From Balanoglossus misakiensis (taxonomy: Eukaryota > Animalia > Hemichordata), in assembly GCA_040954595.2 (NCBI GenBank), contig CM082590.2, forward strand, positions 10,008,088 through 10,072,087: 64,000 bases of DNA, read 5' to 3'. Below, piece after piece: positions 38,807 to 51,200 of this stretch. Numbering within the stretch: position 1 is the stretch's first letter; every line of letters begins with the position of its first letter. The notes under the pieces were generated by a model. That model was not told the origin of the DNA, did not search any database, and worked only from the letters and a program-made list of their open reading frames with translations. A program made the position numbers and the translations under genes.

Positions 38807-40658
38807 GTTTTCCTTTACATTGAAAATGTGGTTGATCTGAGTGCACCGCAGGAAGAACAAGTCAGCCACGTCAATGATACAAAAAGAAACAAAAGTTGTA
38901 TTATATCAGCATGCAACCACCTTTCTGTGCAGACGGTAATTTTTTGGCGCCAAATGGCACAGCGCGAGGGAAACTAGATTCACTACAAGAGACTCGTATG
39001 ACGAAGGACGCAAATCGGACTGGTAAGCAGCAATTACAGATGGCTAAATACATGAGACTACAAAATTGCATTTAAAATAAAGCAAGCAACGAGCGTTTTA
39101 TTAAAAAGTGCAGACACAACCAAACTATCTAATTTTGTGCAAGTAAGCAAATAATTAGTAACAACACAACCCGTAAATTCAAGTTCGTAATTTTTATCTA
39201 AGCTAAACCAAGCGCTATATGTACAGCCGGCATAAGCAGGTGTTCTCGGAACTAAAGTTGAAATTTTGCTATCGTAACACATTCAACCTAAAATCCTATA
39301 AAGGTGGAATGATCTTGTTGTGTGCTATAATACGGTTATTCCACTGTCAGGAAAATAGGGAGAGTGTGATGAGCAAACCAAATAATTTCATTGAATGAAT
39401 AATATTACCTTTCCCAAACGTGTTCAAAACTAAGGAAGACTCGTCATGTCGATTATTTCAAAAGTTTGGTTTTGTTTCTTGCCTATTTTCCCGCGAAAAT
39501 TACAATGATCGAAATAAAACTACTTTATCCATTGTCAACCTCAGCTGGAAAACAAATTCTGTAAATCAAAATTTGACTTGTGAAGACTTATACAACATTC
39601 GTCGACAGAGCTGAAGCCTAGTACATCAACATACAGTACTTGACTAGACACGCTTATCACTGAAGATATTGTCATAATAATGTTTCAGAATGGTTGTTTC
39701 TCTCTAAGATGATTGGCAGCCATGTTGAAGAAAAGAGTAAAAATCTGTGTATGATGTCACTTCCGGCATTACGGTGAATATACACATCAGTGAAGTCAAA
39801 TCAAATCACTGACCCAAAAAATAAAATAAGAAGAGAAGACGTTGCTATCTTATGGCTTTATTTTAGTTATTTTTGTTTCATGTGAGTAGTTATTGAGTAC
39901 TGATAAACTTCTAGTCCCACAATGCATCGCGCGCTCGCCGCTGGTTCAAAACAGACTACATCCTGGCCACGTCAAGTTCAAACTGTTGAAACTGCTGCAC
40001 CATAAGCACAAGCAAAACATGTGAACGACATGACGTCATAATTTTTGGTATGCGCCACAATGTATAGCGTCGAAATGTTTACAAGCAGGGGATGGGAGAT
40101 CTGTAGATGGCCGACCACAGTTTTAGTAAGTAGAAAAGAATAATATCATCAACCATGAAACAAAAATAACAAATAATTCCAAAAAGACATCTACTTTGCA
40201 CCTTCAAAACCAAAATGAGAAATATAACACAAATCTATAACTTTAAGATGAAGAGGTTTATAATATACTTTTAGAAATAACACAGAATTCAATGGTACTC
40301 CACAGTACAGTAAGGTACTCGATTGGCAAAAATTATCTCTACTCCAGCTTCTCTGTCTTTTGTTACTGGCTGTCTTTCTCAAGAAGCATGTATTATACAG
40401 CATATTTAAAATAAAACACATTTACTTGTTGCCTCGCTTAACTCTCATAAATTCATTGTCCATACTTCAGGAGTATGGTGTTGGCAACCAATATTTTAAC
40501 AGTGGTACTTCTTGGACAGTGTTTGACCACCGGGTTAAAGTTCAGACAGTTTATTATATTACAGTCACTGTTGTTTCGGCACACGTTTTGGCGCCATAAT
40601 TGGATTAATACTCATATGGACTGATCGTTCATTGTCACTGATGAGTTTTTTTGTTTCC

Positions 40659-40927
40659 TCAGTGAATCATGGTCATCGTGTTTCTGTGGTTCTGTTTCTT
40701 GAGTTTCATGCGCCTGTTTTGGAACCAGATCTTGACCTGTCTCTCCGTGAGGTTGAGTAGCCTAGAAATTTCCACTCTCCTTTCCCGCGTCAGATACATG
40801 TTGAAGAGGAACTCTTTCTCAAGCTCCAGCGTCTGGAACTTTGTGTACGGACAACGCTTCTTGCGTCCCGACGCTGACGTCATCCAGTTCGGAGTGTCCG
40901 AGGTGTCGTTTGGCGAACCGGTTGATC
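40659..40927 (-). CDS. Hox9/10: Posterior Hox gene Hox9/10, coding exon 2 with homeobox
   Basis: Acceptor TTTCAG|GA at 40928/40927 gives [80 protein letters not shown]. The NW motif plus RKKRCPYTK and EFLFNMYLT are diagnostic of Hox9/10. Spliced CDS is 1002 nt. Confidence 0.93.
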
Positions 40928-43900
40928 CTGAAATTCATAAACAGAAATAACCCAAGAGTTGTAAAGTTCAATCTTTCCAACAGGAAGATGGTGACTAAAA
41001 GTGTCGCCTGCGCAATTTTCTAGCTAACAATAATGCTAAACTCAGATAACGTGACGCCATGCATACACCTGCTTCAAAGGACAAACTGCACCCGTACTAC
41101 AATGTAGCAAATGAAGTTAACTTCAGGACCAGCATGGCGCCAACTCTCTCCACATTTTGATCAAAATAAAATACGTAACGTGGTCAGCTCTTGTGACTTG
41201 ACGCGGGGAAACCTGGAGTGACTTGACGCGGGAAACCTATATATAGTTGAATCAATGGGTGCATTGGGTACGGGACAGCTTTCATCGTTCACTGGTATTT
41301 TAGCGGCATAAATCTAACGGGGTGATTTTCTGCGGCTTTAACGAGTTTATCGTCAATAAAAATACGCGAACCGTGATCACGGGGGTCATAAATACAATGC
41401 CATAACGATGTCTGACAATATGGAATTGTGTTTTGCGCGGACGCAAGATTCATCATGCTGTCGAGATCGCGGGTTCTGCGCATGTCAGTCAGCCAACCAG
41501 TTGAGGTGGTTAGACACCTCTACTATAACAGAACAAACATACTGTCTAGTAATCGCACAGCAAACCCCGGGAAAAAATTTCAAAGATCTCTGTCATAAGT
41601 CATCACTTACGTACCAAACTCAAACTGGCCAGTTTACAAAACCAATATGGCGTCTGATAAATGATACGCATATTTTTTTATATTTATCATGGCTATTGTT
41701 GGACTAAAAAACAAAAACGTTCTGTCCTTATAATAGTACTTATTCCCGCCGCAATGTTAAAATAATGATACTAATGAAAAAATTGTAAAAGAAGTTGGTT
41801 TTGTCACCCATTAGTGTTTTAATGGAAGTTTGGTTGATGTTGACGTTCCTATGATGAATTATTGCATCAGTGTCATGCGAATCTTGACCCCGTATTAATA
41901 TATTAAGAATCGGCATGCCACTCAGGCTCGCCGACTTACAAAGGCACTGCAAGTATAAGTAAACATTGTGACGTCACAGAATACCGTCGCGATCAGGAAG
42001 TTAGCGACGAGGCCGGAACGAAAACAACGCACCGTCAGATCACGTGACATGAGTTATCAGAATTCAAGTGGGAAAATGGAATTCTATTTATTTTACGTCG
42101 TGTTCTCATCAAACATAGGTAATGCATTTTCGGTATTTTAGTTCCTTGCAGTGTCAATGACAAGATATGATGTGATATGATTTGATTAGATTTGGTGTGA
42201 TCTGCTTTCGTTTGTGACAAACCATGCTGCGTGACACCCCCGGGGCGTGACATTACACGGCGTGATGTCACATGACACAGCCACGCCATAGCTTGCTCTC
42301 AAGACAGGCTTTTACATGACACATAAGACATGGTAGTACATCGCGTATTACAGGGCTCTGTGTAACTGGGTAATATATTATAACTACACGCCATTAAAAT
42401 GCATGTACAAGACATGAAAACTCGTTCCCTCGTATGGCTGTCACGATTTTCTTAATTAACGCATCCTTATGAACGAAAATACATCTCCCTAATGCCCTAC
42501 TGTAATAATTTTACATTAATAGTTCGACCTCACTGCACTTCATAACTCAGGCTTTCCGTGTGTGTGTGTTGCCAAGTGCTTTGTCTCGTTTCTGGTTCCT
42601 CCCGCCCTTTTCTACTGTCGTGAGCTACAAGTTTCCCGCGTCCACTGCCTGTCGTTCTCTCCGACTATGTCTGCCGTCACTCATGAAGCGCCCGATTGCT
42701 ACAGTGTAGCGACGTTTCCCCCAAGTCAGAAGACGAAACAATACGAAGCTGTAGCGAAATTGGGATCGCTTAACTCACGGCATTGATTGATAACTGGCGA
42801 AGAAAGCCCGCCGCTCCGAGGTGACATAACAATAGGCCATTGAATGTTTAAAGCCCCTGATTAATGAAAGCGAAATTAAAAATAAGACATATGAACACAG
42901 GATGGATCTGTGATGAATTTGTTTTTGAAATCCAATTTTACAAAACGCATTCTTAATCCATTAGTAGAGGGGCTGGAACTGTATCAACTCAATCTGTCTG
43001 TCTAATTTGATGATAATTAGACACGATATTAAGACAAATTTAAGCAATTCTGAGGAAGGCTTTGTGCCACGGAAAATCATTATCTTCCGAGAATCCTGGC
43101 TTATGCGTACCTCGTCTCATAATTGCCTTCCGTTGCAGATCCCAAGATTTGTTGTTGATCTTAATATAACGTTCAATCAGGCACTGCGATTACCAACCTA
43201 GGTGACCATTCTACTGAATCCGTCTCTTCTCTCTTGCTGTCCCACAGAACCCATCTCTGAAGGTATTTTGATCGTAAATTATCAAATCTGAACTAAAACG
43301 CTGCCCTAATAGGCCAGTCAATCACTAGAGATCGATTTAAAACGTTCCTGCCCAAAATTTCACAAATTTAAAAGGAGTATTTAGACCGTACGTCAGTATC
43401 TGTTGGGCGGGAAAAGTCAAAGAGACCGGCAGAATGCGTGAACAATAGTTTGAAATATTAGCTCGATAGAGAGTCATTGACAATGCATACTGGCAAACGA
43501 TTTACGGTGAAATATGTATTATTTCCTTGTCGGTTAGAGATCAAAGTGTGAAAATCAGAGTAGGGTGATGAATCTTCTTACTCCCAATGTCGTTCGCGTA
43601 TCCGAAGCAGGAAGACCACTTACATGGTAAGGTCACTAAGCATTGTTGAAAACCACGTAATACGCACGGCCTTCACTAGAAACATTTCCCTCCATTTTCA
43701 AAATATCATCTGCGATCCAAAATGATGTCATTTCCGTGTATTCCTGTGGGACACATAATCACCGCTGAATATAGCTATCGACGTGAATTTTTAATACAAG
43801 GCTGTAGTAGGTGAAATTATTTCAATGGTGGGACTATTTTGAAGGGATCTCATAGTCCTCTTGCAGCATTGAGTGAGAACCAGTTTACTGATCCTACATT

Positions 43901-46900
43901 TCTAGCCGCCATTTCTCTCCTCATAAAGTCGAGTCAAACTCCGGCAATTTTCGACCCGTTCAGCTATTCAATTGAGTGATATTCCAATATTTTCCCGCGA
44001 AATAAAGGCCCTGACAGATTATTTAAAACTTAAATTGTGCCTGGGGATTAGACGTAGGGTTAGATTACTAGCGAAAAATAATTACGACATTACGACGTAA
44101 ATCAAGAGATAAACCCGTTCCTTTGAGAACAAGCTTCGATCATTGCTCTATAAAACTACTTTTTAAGAATATACTCGTCCACTAGATCAAGGTCTCGTAT
44201 GGAGTAAATTTTGCTGTTGCTAATAGCGACCAAACATGACTAAACGCTCTATGCAAAAATATAACCAATACACGTGATTTGCGTGATAAATGGCACATCA
44301 TGTAAAATTTCGGAGAAGTCATTTGCCGAAGTATGGAAAAGTCGTTTTACAAAATGAGGGTTTTCATGGTTACAGAGGCTTCGGCAGAAAATACATTAAG
44401 GATTTTTGCTAATGTTAACGACAAAGCTATTAATTTTACTCTACATCTACTTTCCTTTGTTCGATTTAGCGTGATTAAGCGAAAAATTGTGCCTGGGGTG
44501 TTCAAATATGTTTTGCCTATATTGCTGGAAATACTGTCAGGAAGGGTGCTTTCAGGTGGGTCTGATCCCCCGGCGAAGCAAACTGTTACAACAAGGGGTG
44601 GCTGACACTTGATCGATTAATAAAAATCGAAAGCTGCAGTACCATCGTAGGGTTGTAATAACCTCGGAGACAGACGAACAGACTGATGACGGTGCGTGAC
44701 AAGTAGTCAAATTTGTTCCCATTTTTCACAATCACTGCCGAATAGTCAGGGCATTTTTGTCGGCGCGCGCCGCGGCGGGCTCAGTCTGCGGCGTACTAAA
44801 ATGATCGCCGCGATAGGGGGTTGCGTTCACGTCGACTTTGCTCGAAAGTGAGTTCCGAGCGCCTGTTATCGCTGGACCGCCAAGACTTGAAAAAGCTGGC
44901 CCGGTTTGCTTCGACCAATCTGGGTATGAAGCGGGGCTTCTTGCCGTTAAGGAGTGTAAGACACACGTTAACCTGTCGTATAATCTGTCCACTGGGAGTA
45001 AATGTAATATGTGATCACGATCAACAAGCGGGTTGTTAACCTTGTTTATGGAAGCAAGCCTATTCTCAAGTTTTTGACGAGTATCTACCTTATTCACTAT
45101 GCAACACATGGCTAATAGCTGGTGCTTTCTAAGATCCTTACAAGTTTCTCAAAGTCTGAACGACACCCACAACTTTTCTTGTAAACTTTGCAGACTTTGC
45201 AAGTCAGGGCTCGCGCGATTTAAGTCTTTAACTCAGCTTTATCTTTAAAGCCAGAATTATTTTGAGATCAGTGACAGGATATTTCTAAGCTAAGACTCAA
45301 CTTATCGGCTCGTTTCGAAAACAGATGCATGCTAAACAGCAGAAGGCATTGGAATAATGACTCAAAAGTAATAAAAAGTGTAAGTGTACCATGGAAAAAA
45401 GTTTTACAAGCAGCCAGATTCGGGAGTATTGTTTTTAAAAAAGTCAGAAAGTGTGAGGTACGAGTCACACGCTATGTGCAACTTTTCAACCATCGTCAGA
45501 AAGTTTCAGAACGAGTGCGCTTTCCACGTCACACAGATTTGAAGAAAAAAAAATTCTACCCAGACAAGATCTTGTCAAGTTGTTTGTTTTCACTTGCAGC
45601 GACAAAGGCGTATTTATTGCAACATGGTTGGCAATTTTAGTGTTCTTTCCCGCTTGTTACATCAGGCGGCAGATCCGATTGGCGTTTTATTTGGGTTTTC
45701 GAAAGCCTAGAATGCGTGTCCTTGTGTCTAATGACAGACTTGCAAAAAGGCCGCCTCTAATCAAATTACCCACTTCGATAGACCAGGTGAATGAATCATG
45801 TTAATTGCTCTAATTAGACTGCCCGGCACGGGTCTGGAAACAGTCAAAGAGTATTACTGGAAATTTTGCTGCACCTGCCAATCTAGAGATCCGCCATCTT
45901 TTATTGGCTTGATGTATTTGTTTTCGCAATCTGTTCTCGTGAAACGGTCCACTTTACCCGCTTGCACGCGAGGGTCCGACGCTCGCCCCAACTGCCGAAT
46001 AAAATCACTACGCCTCGCGAATTTCAATGTTTTAAAAAAGTGGCAAATCTGACTAGCGGAGAAAAACAAGGGAAGTTAGGGAGTGTTGACCGGGTTATGA
46101 TTTGCCATTAGAGTAAGTAATTCTGAATAAGTAGTTTTAGACTGCAATGCATCAAGCACAGCTCAACTGTAATACTAATACACGTACGTCAAATCTACCT
46201 TGCTTGTACGTGGAGGATACGATTTTCAAGGCTTACTCTGCGCCATTCTTATCCTTTAAACTGTTTAACCCATTCGATAATAATATTTTTTTCCTAGTAA
46301 TTCTACATTTATAGCTTGTGAAATAAAAACACGCTGCATATGTATACGCCGATAGCTTGTGGATAAATTTAGAGTTTCTATTGCTCATTTTTGTCATGTA
46401 TCCCTATTTTTCAAACTTAAAATAATATCCTTACATGCCTGCATATTTCTATTTAAAAAACTGGAGAAGTGTTCCAAATGCCCGGGAGCTACAAGCGAAC
46501 TGTCGTCCCACCCCACGTTTTGACGATAGTTTAGGGGTAGCGGGATATTGGTGTTTCACAAATCACAAGGTAGAAAGCAAAATGAAAGTTCGAGAGTGGT
46601 GATTTTGCCCCCGAACAGACGCCCGATGGCCAGTCGCCGATAGAACCGAGTCACGCGGGAAAATTCGACGACCGACAAAATGTGACAACGTCGACGGGAG
46701 CGCGCGATTTCATGATGACAAATAACATGAGGGCATAGTAGGTCTATACACGGCGTACACAGTGGAGGTCGCTCTGTGGCAATCGGTACTTCTGGCAGAC
46801 ACAGCTGCTCCCATTATTTTTTGAAAATTACATAAGATAGGCAATAAAGACGATACCCTAGGAATATCTCACATACTTGCCACGCAGTAAAGCCTTCAGT

Positions 46901-47290
46901 AGCGTTTGTTCCAGCGAAAAAAGTACAATTGACGTAACTGCTATAGGTAAACATGCGGTGGTACTGATCTTTCCTTGTATACCACCCCCAGTTCAAAACA
47001 ACACTGGTGGGCACATAGCTTGCAGATATACATAGGCTTCATATTTTGGGTGGGATGGGTGCGATTAAAAGGTCATTTCAGAAAAATTTTGCCCAACGCA
47101 GGGTCAGCTTCGCGCAGGCCATGTGTAGGTCATGTTTTCTTGCATGTGATTCAGGGATATTGAAATGAGCCTTGTTAGTTTATGCCCGGCGACGGAATAA
47201 AAAGAAAAGTAAACGAGCCCGGGTCACAATAAAAATGTCAGCTGGACGTGGAAAGAAAGCTGGGAGAGATAATTAATGTGGAACGCTCAC
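40928..47290 (-). other. Hox9/10 intron (6363 bp, GT-AG, phase 1)
   Basis: Donor and acceptor phases match and restore a continuous frame. Confidence 0.85.
42160..42330. repeat. Decayed pentanucleotide repeats (TGATN / CGTGA-CATGA) in the Hox9/10 intron
   Basis: 5-bp periodicity is visible (GATAT GATGT GATAT GATTT GATTA...). Confidence 0.6.
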
Positions 47291-48023
47291 CTTCAGTTTT
47301 CGTGGTTGGTGTAGTCGTGTTATTGTTGTTGGTGGTGGTATTTGGCGTACCGCTGGCGCTGACATCGCTCTTGGCCGGTGAATGACTTCCACTGCCCGTG
47401 CTCGTGGGACTGGTGGCTGCGTTATTTGACGTTTTGGAGTTCTGCTGCAGTCTACACGCCGACGACGGGGAGGTGGAGTACGAATTGGTGTTGTCGTATG
47501 TGTAGCCTGAGTAACGTTGCCTCTGTGCCAGCGAGTTGTATTTGAAATTGTTATGAAAGTCCACGTGGTGCAGCCCGGAACCGTTGGTCGTTGAGTATCC
47601 ATTGGCGTGATATCGGTCATAACTCTGTCGTGCACTGAACGGGTAGAAGTTCGAGTTGGACGTCATGAGCGAGGAATCGTAATTTTTCTGTGAACCGATA
47701 AACCCGTAGGGGTTGGACTCGTAGTCTTCATGCAGGCCGCTGACTGCCGCCATGGATGCGTAGTTCTGCTCGGAGCCGGGGTAGTACCACGCGTTCGTCG
47801 TGTACGCGTTCTGTTCGCCCGTCGACGGATACATATTTCCTGAAGTCGTGTGCATGTTCATGCTTTGCGGAGCTGCCGACATCGTGTCCGCGCCTTTCGG
47901 AATTAGCAGACCGCATTTTGAATCGATCGTCGTCTGCGCCGTGTCCGCCGGACTCCTCAGTAGGCCTCCACTTTCTTCGGAACTGATCAGCGAATTCACA
48001 CAAAACGCAGAAGTAGTTGTCAT
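47291..48023 (-). CDS. Hox9/10: Posterior (AbdB-class) Hox gene Hox9/10, coding exon 1
   Basis: Long ORF starting MTTTSAFCVNSLIS, similar to the FxVDSLI motif of Hox9/10 proteins. It is rich in Y/S/N/T and ends at a phase-1 donor GAAG|GTGAGC at 47291/47290. Confidence 0.88.
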
Positions 48024-48260
48024 TTTTTATGTCGGTCGTATTTTCACGATGGCCAGGCCAGTCAATTGAATGCCCCCAGTGATAAAACTGTATATGACCC
48101 TATATTTGCATAAAACAGAACAGAATAATTGTCAAATAGTGTCACGTGATCGTGATCAACCAATACACACACATGAAATGACATATTTCAAAATGGCTGA
48201 CGCCCACAATAACACTATTACTAATTTACTTTCGAACTAAGACTAGCATTTTCCCTGACT
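48024..48260 (-). promoter_or_regulatory. Hox9/10 5' UTR and proximal promoter
   Basis: Directly upstream of the ATG. Contains octamer ATTTGCAT, E-box GTCACGTGAT, CCAAT and a YY1-like AAAATGGC. Confidence 0.5.
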
Positions 48261-51200
48261 CGTAAATTCCAACACTTTCCCCCTCTATATCGTTAACTTA
48301 GAAATACTTCCCGCTCTTATTTTTTATTATAGATTCATAAATGTTGACTCCTCTAGAATAAAGGCTTAGTATTTTTCCCTTCTCGGGACAAGTACAACCG
48401 GACGGTGGACGCGCACTGATGTAAATTTTGGGAGGAGCAGAGCCTAACTATGGATAAGGATACGGCCGAGTTTGACTTTAGTCTTATATACTACCCAATG
48501 CTTGTGGCACTGTGGTATTTTCAATACACTATTTTTTCAGCTGAATATGGAGTTCTTAAAAAAGGTAGGAAGAAAAGCTATATTTTAAACTAATAATGCA
48601 GACATCCGTAAACACACAATCAAAAATTATTCCAACTCTCCACATGAGTTTCATAATATACCTTTCTACGTATCGAAATTTACCTAGTTGGCTTGATATA
48701 GTGTAAGAGTTGGAGATGGGCAAGGTGAAGTGTTCGGTCAAAAAACGAAAACACTAATAACTTCACAGTTTGTGATTTGCGTTACACTGAGTCACGCGCA
48801 CTGAATTCTACAAATCCGACCGCTAGAGTGCAGTCTGTCGCCAGACAGCGGAGTGAGGCAATTCGCTCCATTGTAATCGTCTAGTGCATGGATAATTTTA
48901 TTCCGAAAGCGGGTGTACACATTTTAGCAAATAAGCAGTGAGACTTCGACATTTTCTGGGCCAGATTTTAGGGCCGAAAATCACAGAGCTTCAATTCAGC
49001 CGAACGACAGAAATTACCGTACAACGTCAACATCATCGGGAACATATCGCGACATGCCAAGTCGAAACACCATAAAATGTAGACTTCTTGTCATAAACAG
49101 AAGCTGTCTTGACACAGAGAGTTTTTATAATCGAACAACAACTACTAACCGTTGCTACTGAATAAGTACATTTGATCTACATAAATTTAGACCCCTTTTG
49201 TACCCATAAAAACTGTACCTCAAGGCAGCCGGCAGAAACACACAGCTTCGAAATGACTCCAGTGTTTATGGAGATAGTCCGTCTATCAGACAGCGTCAAG
49301 AAATTTAGCCGCGAGCTGTTGTCTTGGTTTAAGCCACGTCGGTTGCTTTGATTTTTTGATGTGGAATTCGTTATATGTGCGTTAAAGTTTGTCTTTGGGT
49401 CGTTCTAGTATCAAACACACTCGACTACAAGATTGTGGTGTTTGTCCGGCAAACATGTCGTGCTCTAAACAGCGACATGTAAACATCGCTCTGGACGTCG
49501 TTCAAATCCACGGGGTACGCCTACAAGCAGCGCGAGAAACAACGAACGACGATTTGTTCACATTTTCAAATTATGAGTAAAATTTTCAACTGTGTTACCT
49601 GCGGCTACACATCCAACCAGTTTCGTTTTAAGAAATAAGTGACATGCACGGAAAATAGATTTAGTTGTAGCAGCTGGTCACTTGTTTACAACCACGGAAC
49701 GATGCGACGATTTTCCCGGCTCAAGCTAGCCGCCATTCACCGGTGTGGGGCTTAGTGTCAACGCGCCAAACAGGGTAAAATGGGTAAAAATCAAGAATTT
49801 CACCCCAACACCACAGAATGCTTACATGTTTAACATTGTAAGAAACCAAGAAAGGCACTATAATGTATTTTTGTTATTTGCTTGATATTTCAGGGAGAGT
49901 TTAGATTCAGTCGCATATGACAGCAACTGAACTGCCAAACGATAACGCAAACAGCGTACACAAATTCACTTTTGCCACCGACGCTTCGGCGTGAAGACTA
50001 GTAACGAAGAATGTTTTCGAACCACAGGTTATAAGATATATATTTTAACAAGATATTTTAGCAAATAATGCCCTCAAAATAAGTACAATTCAGCGAAGTC
50101 AACTAACAATCTATTTAATAGTAACGACTACTTCTAAAGTTCATAAACCAATGTTTACAAGCGCTCTGCAAAATTGTCGTGTTCTGTAGCCTTTGAACAC
50201 TTTGGTATGGACAAAAAGAAATTTCTTGTCTGGTTCTTTACTGTATGAAAACAAACAAAATCCCCTCTCAAAACAAATAATATGACATCAGTAAAACATG
50301 TCTGTTCATCAGAGTTTTTTCAACAGGCGAAGCGACCATCAATGACTTCATGTTGAAGCATGATTCTCGCTCTTTGGCGAGTCGGCCATTTTTCATAAAT
50401 GTACTCTTATTTTTATTATAATTCATTCGTCATTTTTATCAATCTAGAACACTGACGTACATCAAATGGATTACAATTGATTATCAGAGTATTCTTCGAA
50501 AAGAAATACCATTGTATAGCCGCAATTTGGTATTTTCAGCCGACGTGTCCGTCTGCGTGTTTTCGCAATGTCGGTGTAGCTGTGTGCGCACACACCGTAA
50601 TCAACGAGCAGCCATAAAATAATCGGCGGTTGCATTTCACTGAAACGGTCCCTCGTTAAAAAACAACCGTTTATTTCGAGTTACCTCGAAATTTTCCCTG
50701 ACTATAATCACAGACAACCTTGCTGTTCTTTTTAGTCACCGTTTTCTGCCGACAAGTGCAATTTTTGTAGTTCAAAGTACAAGCAAATTGCAACAAGTGT
50801 AACTGTTGGCTTGTGTTGAAATCACGTATAAAGACGCACTCTACGTACGCCGCGATGCATAACCCCCTTCTCGCCAGTGTCAACATTTTGTCGTCTGCCA
50901 ACATTTTGTCGTCTGCGCAAGAATATACGATCAATTTATGACCATATCAGTCGACATTTTTGCATCGTTTTGGTTTAAACAGCTTTATTACTCCAATATT
51001 TGACGTATTTGTGGATAAATGTTCTTTAAGAGTTTGTCATAGAATTAATATGTCACATTTTGAGGCACAGACGATTGGTTGTCGCAACAGTTTTGACACA
51101 AGAGCACACTCCTTCGTTTAACTTACATTGCAATAACAATGAAACGATTTCTGGACTTGAACTGACTTGAAAGTATTATATTACACGAATCTGCGGGATT

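Noticed and set aside
39160-39240. A miR-100-family gene on the plus strand
   Set aside because: The downstream arm does not pair well enough to form a pre-miRNA, so it is kept only as a target-site hypothesis.
47238-47290. C-terminal tail of the 261-aa ORF
   Set aside because: Intron read-through past the GTGAGC donor.
41193-50920. Short local duplications (~25 bp at 41193-41238; 18 bp at ~50880-50916)
   Set aside because: Ordinary slippage-type duplications with no further structure.
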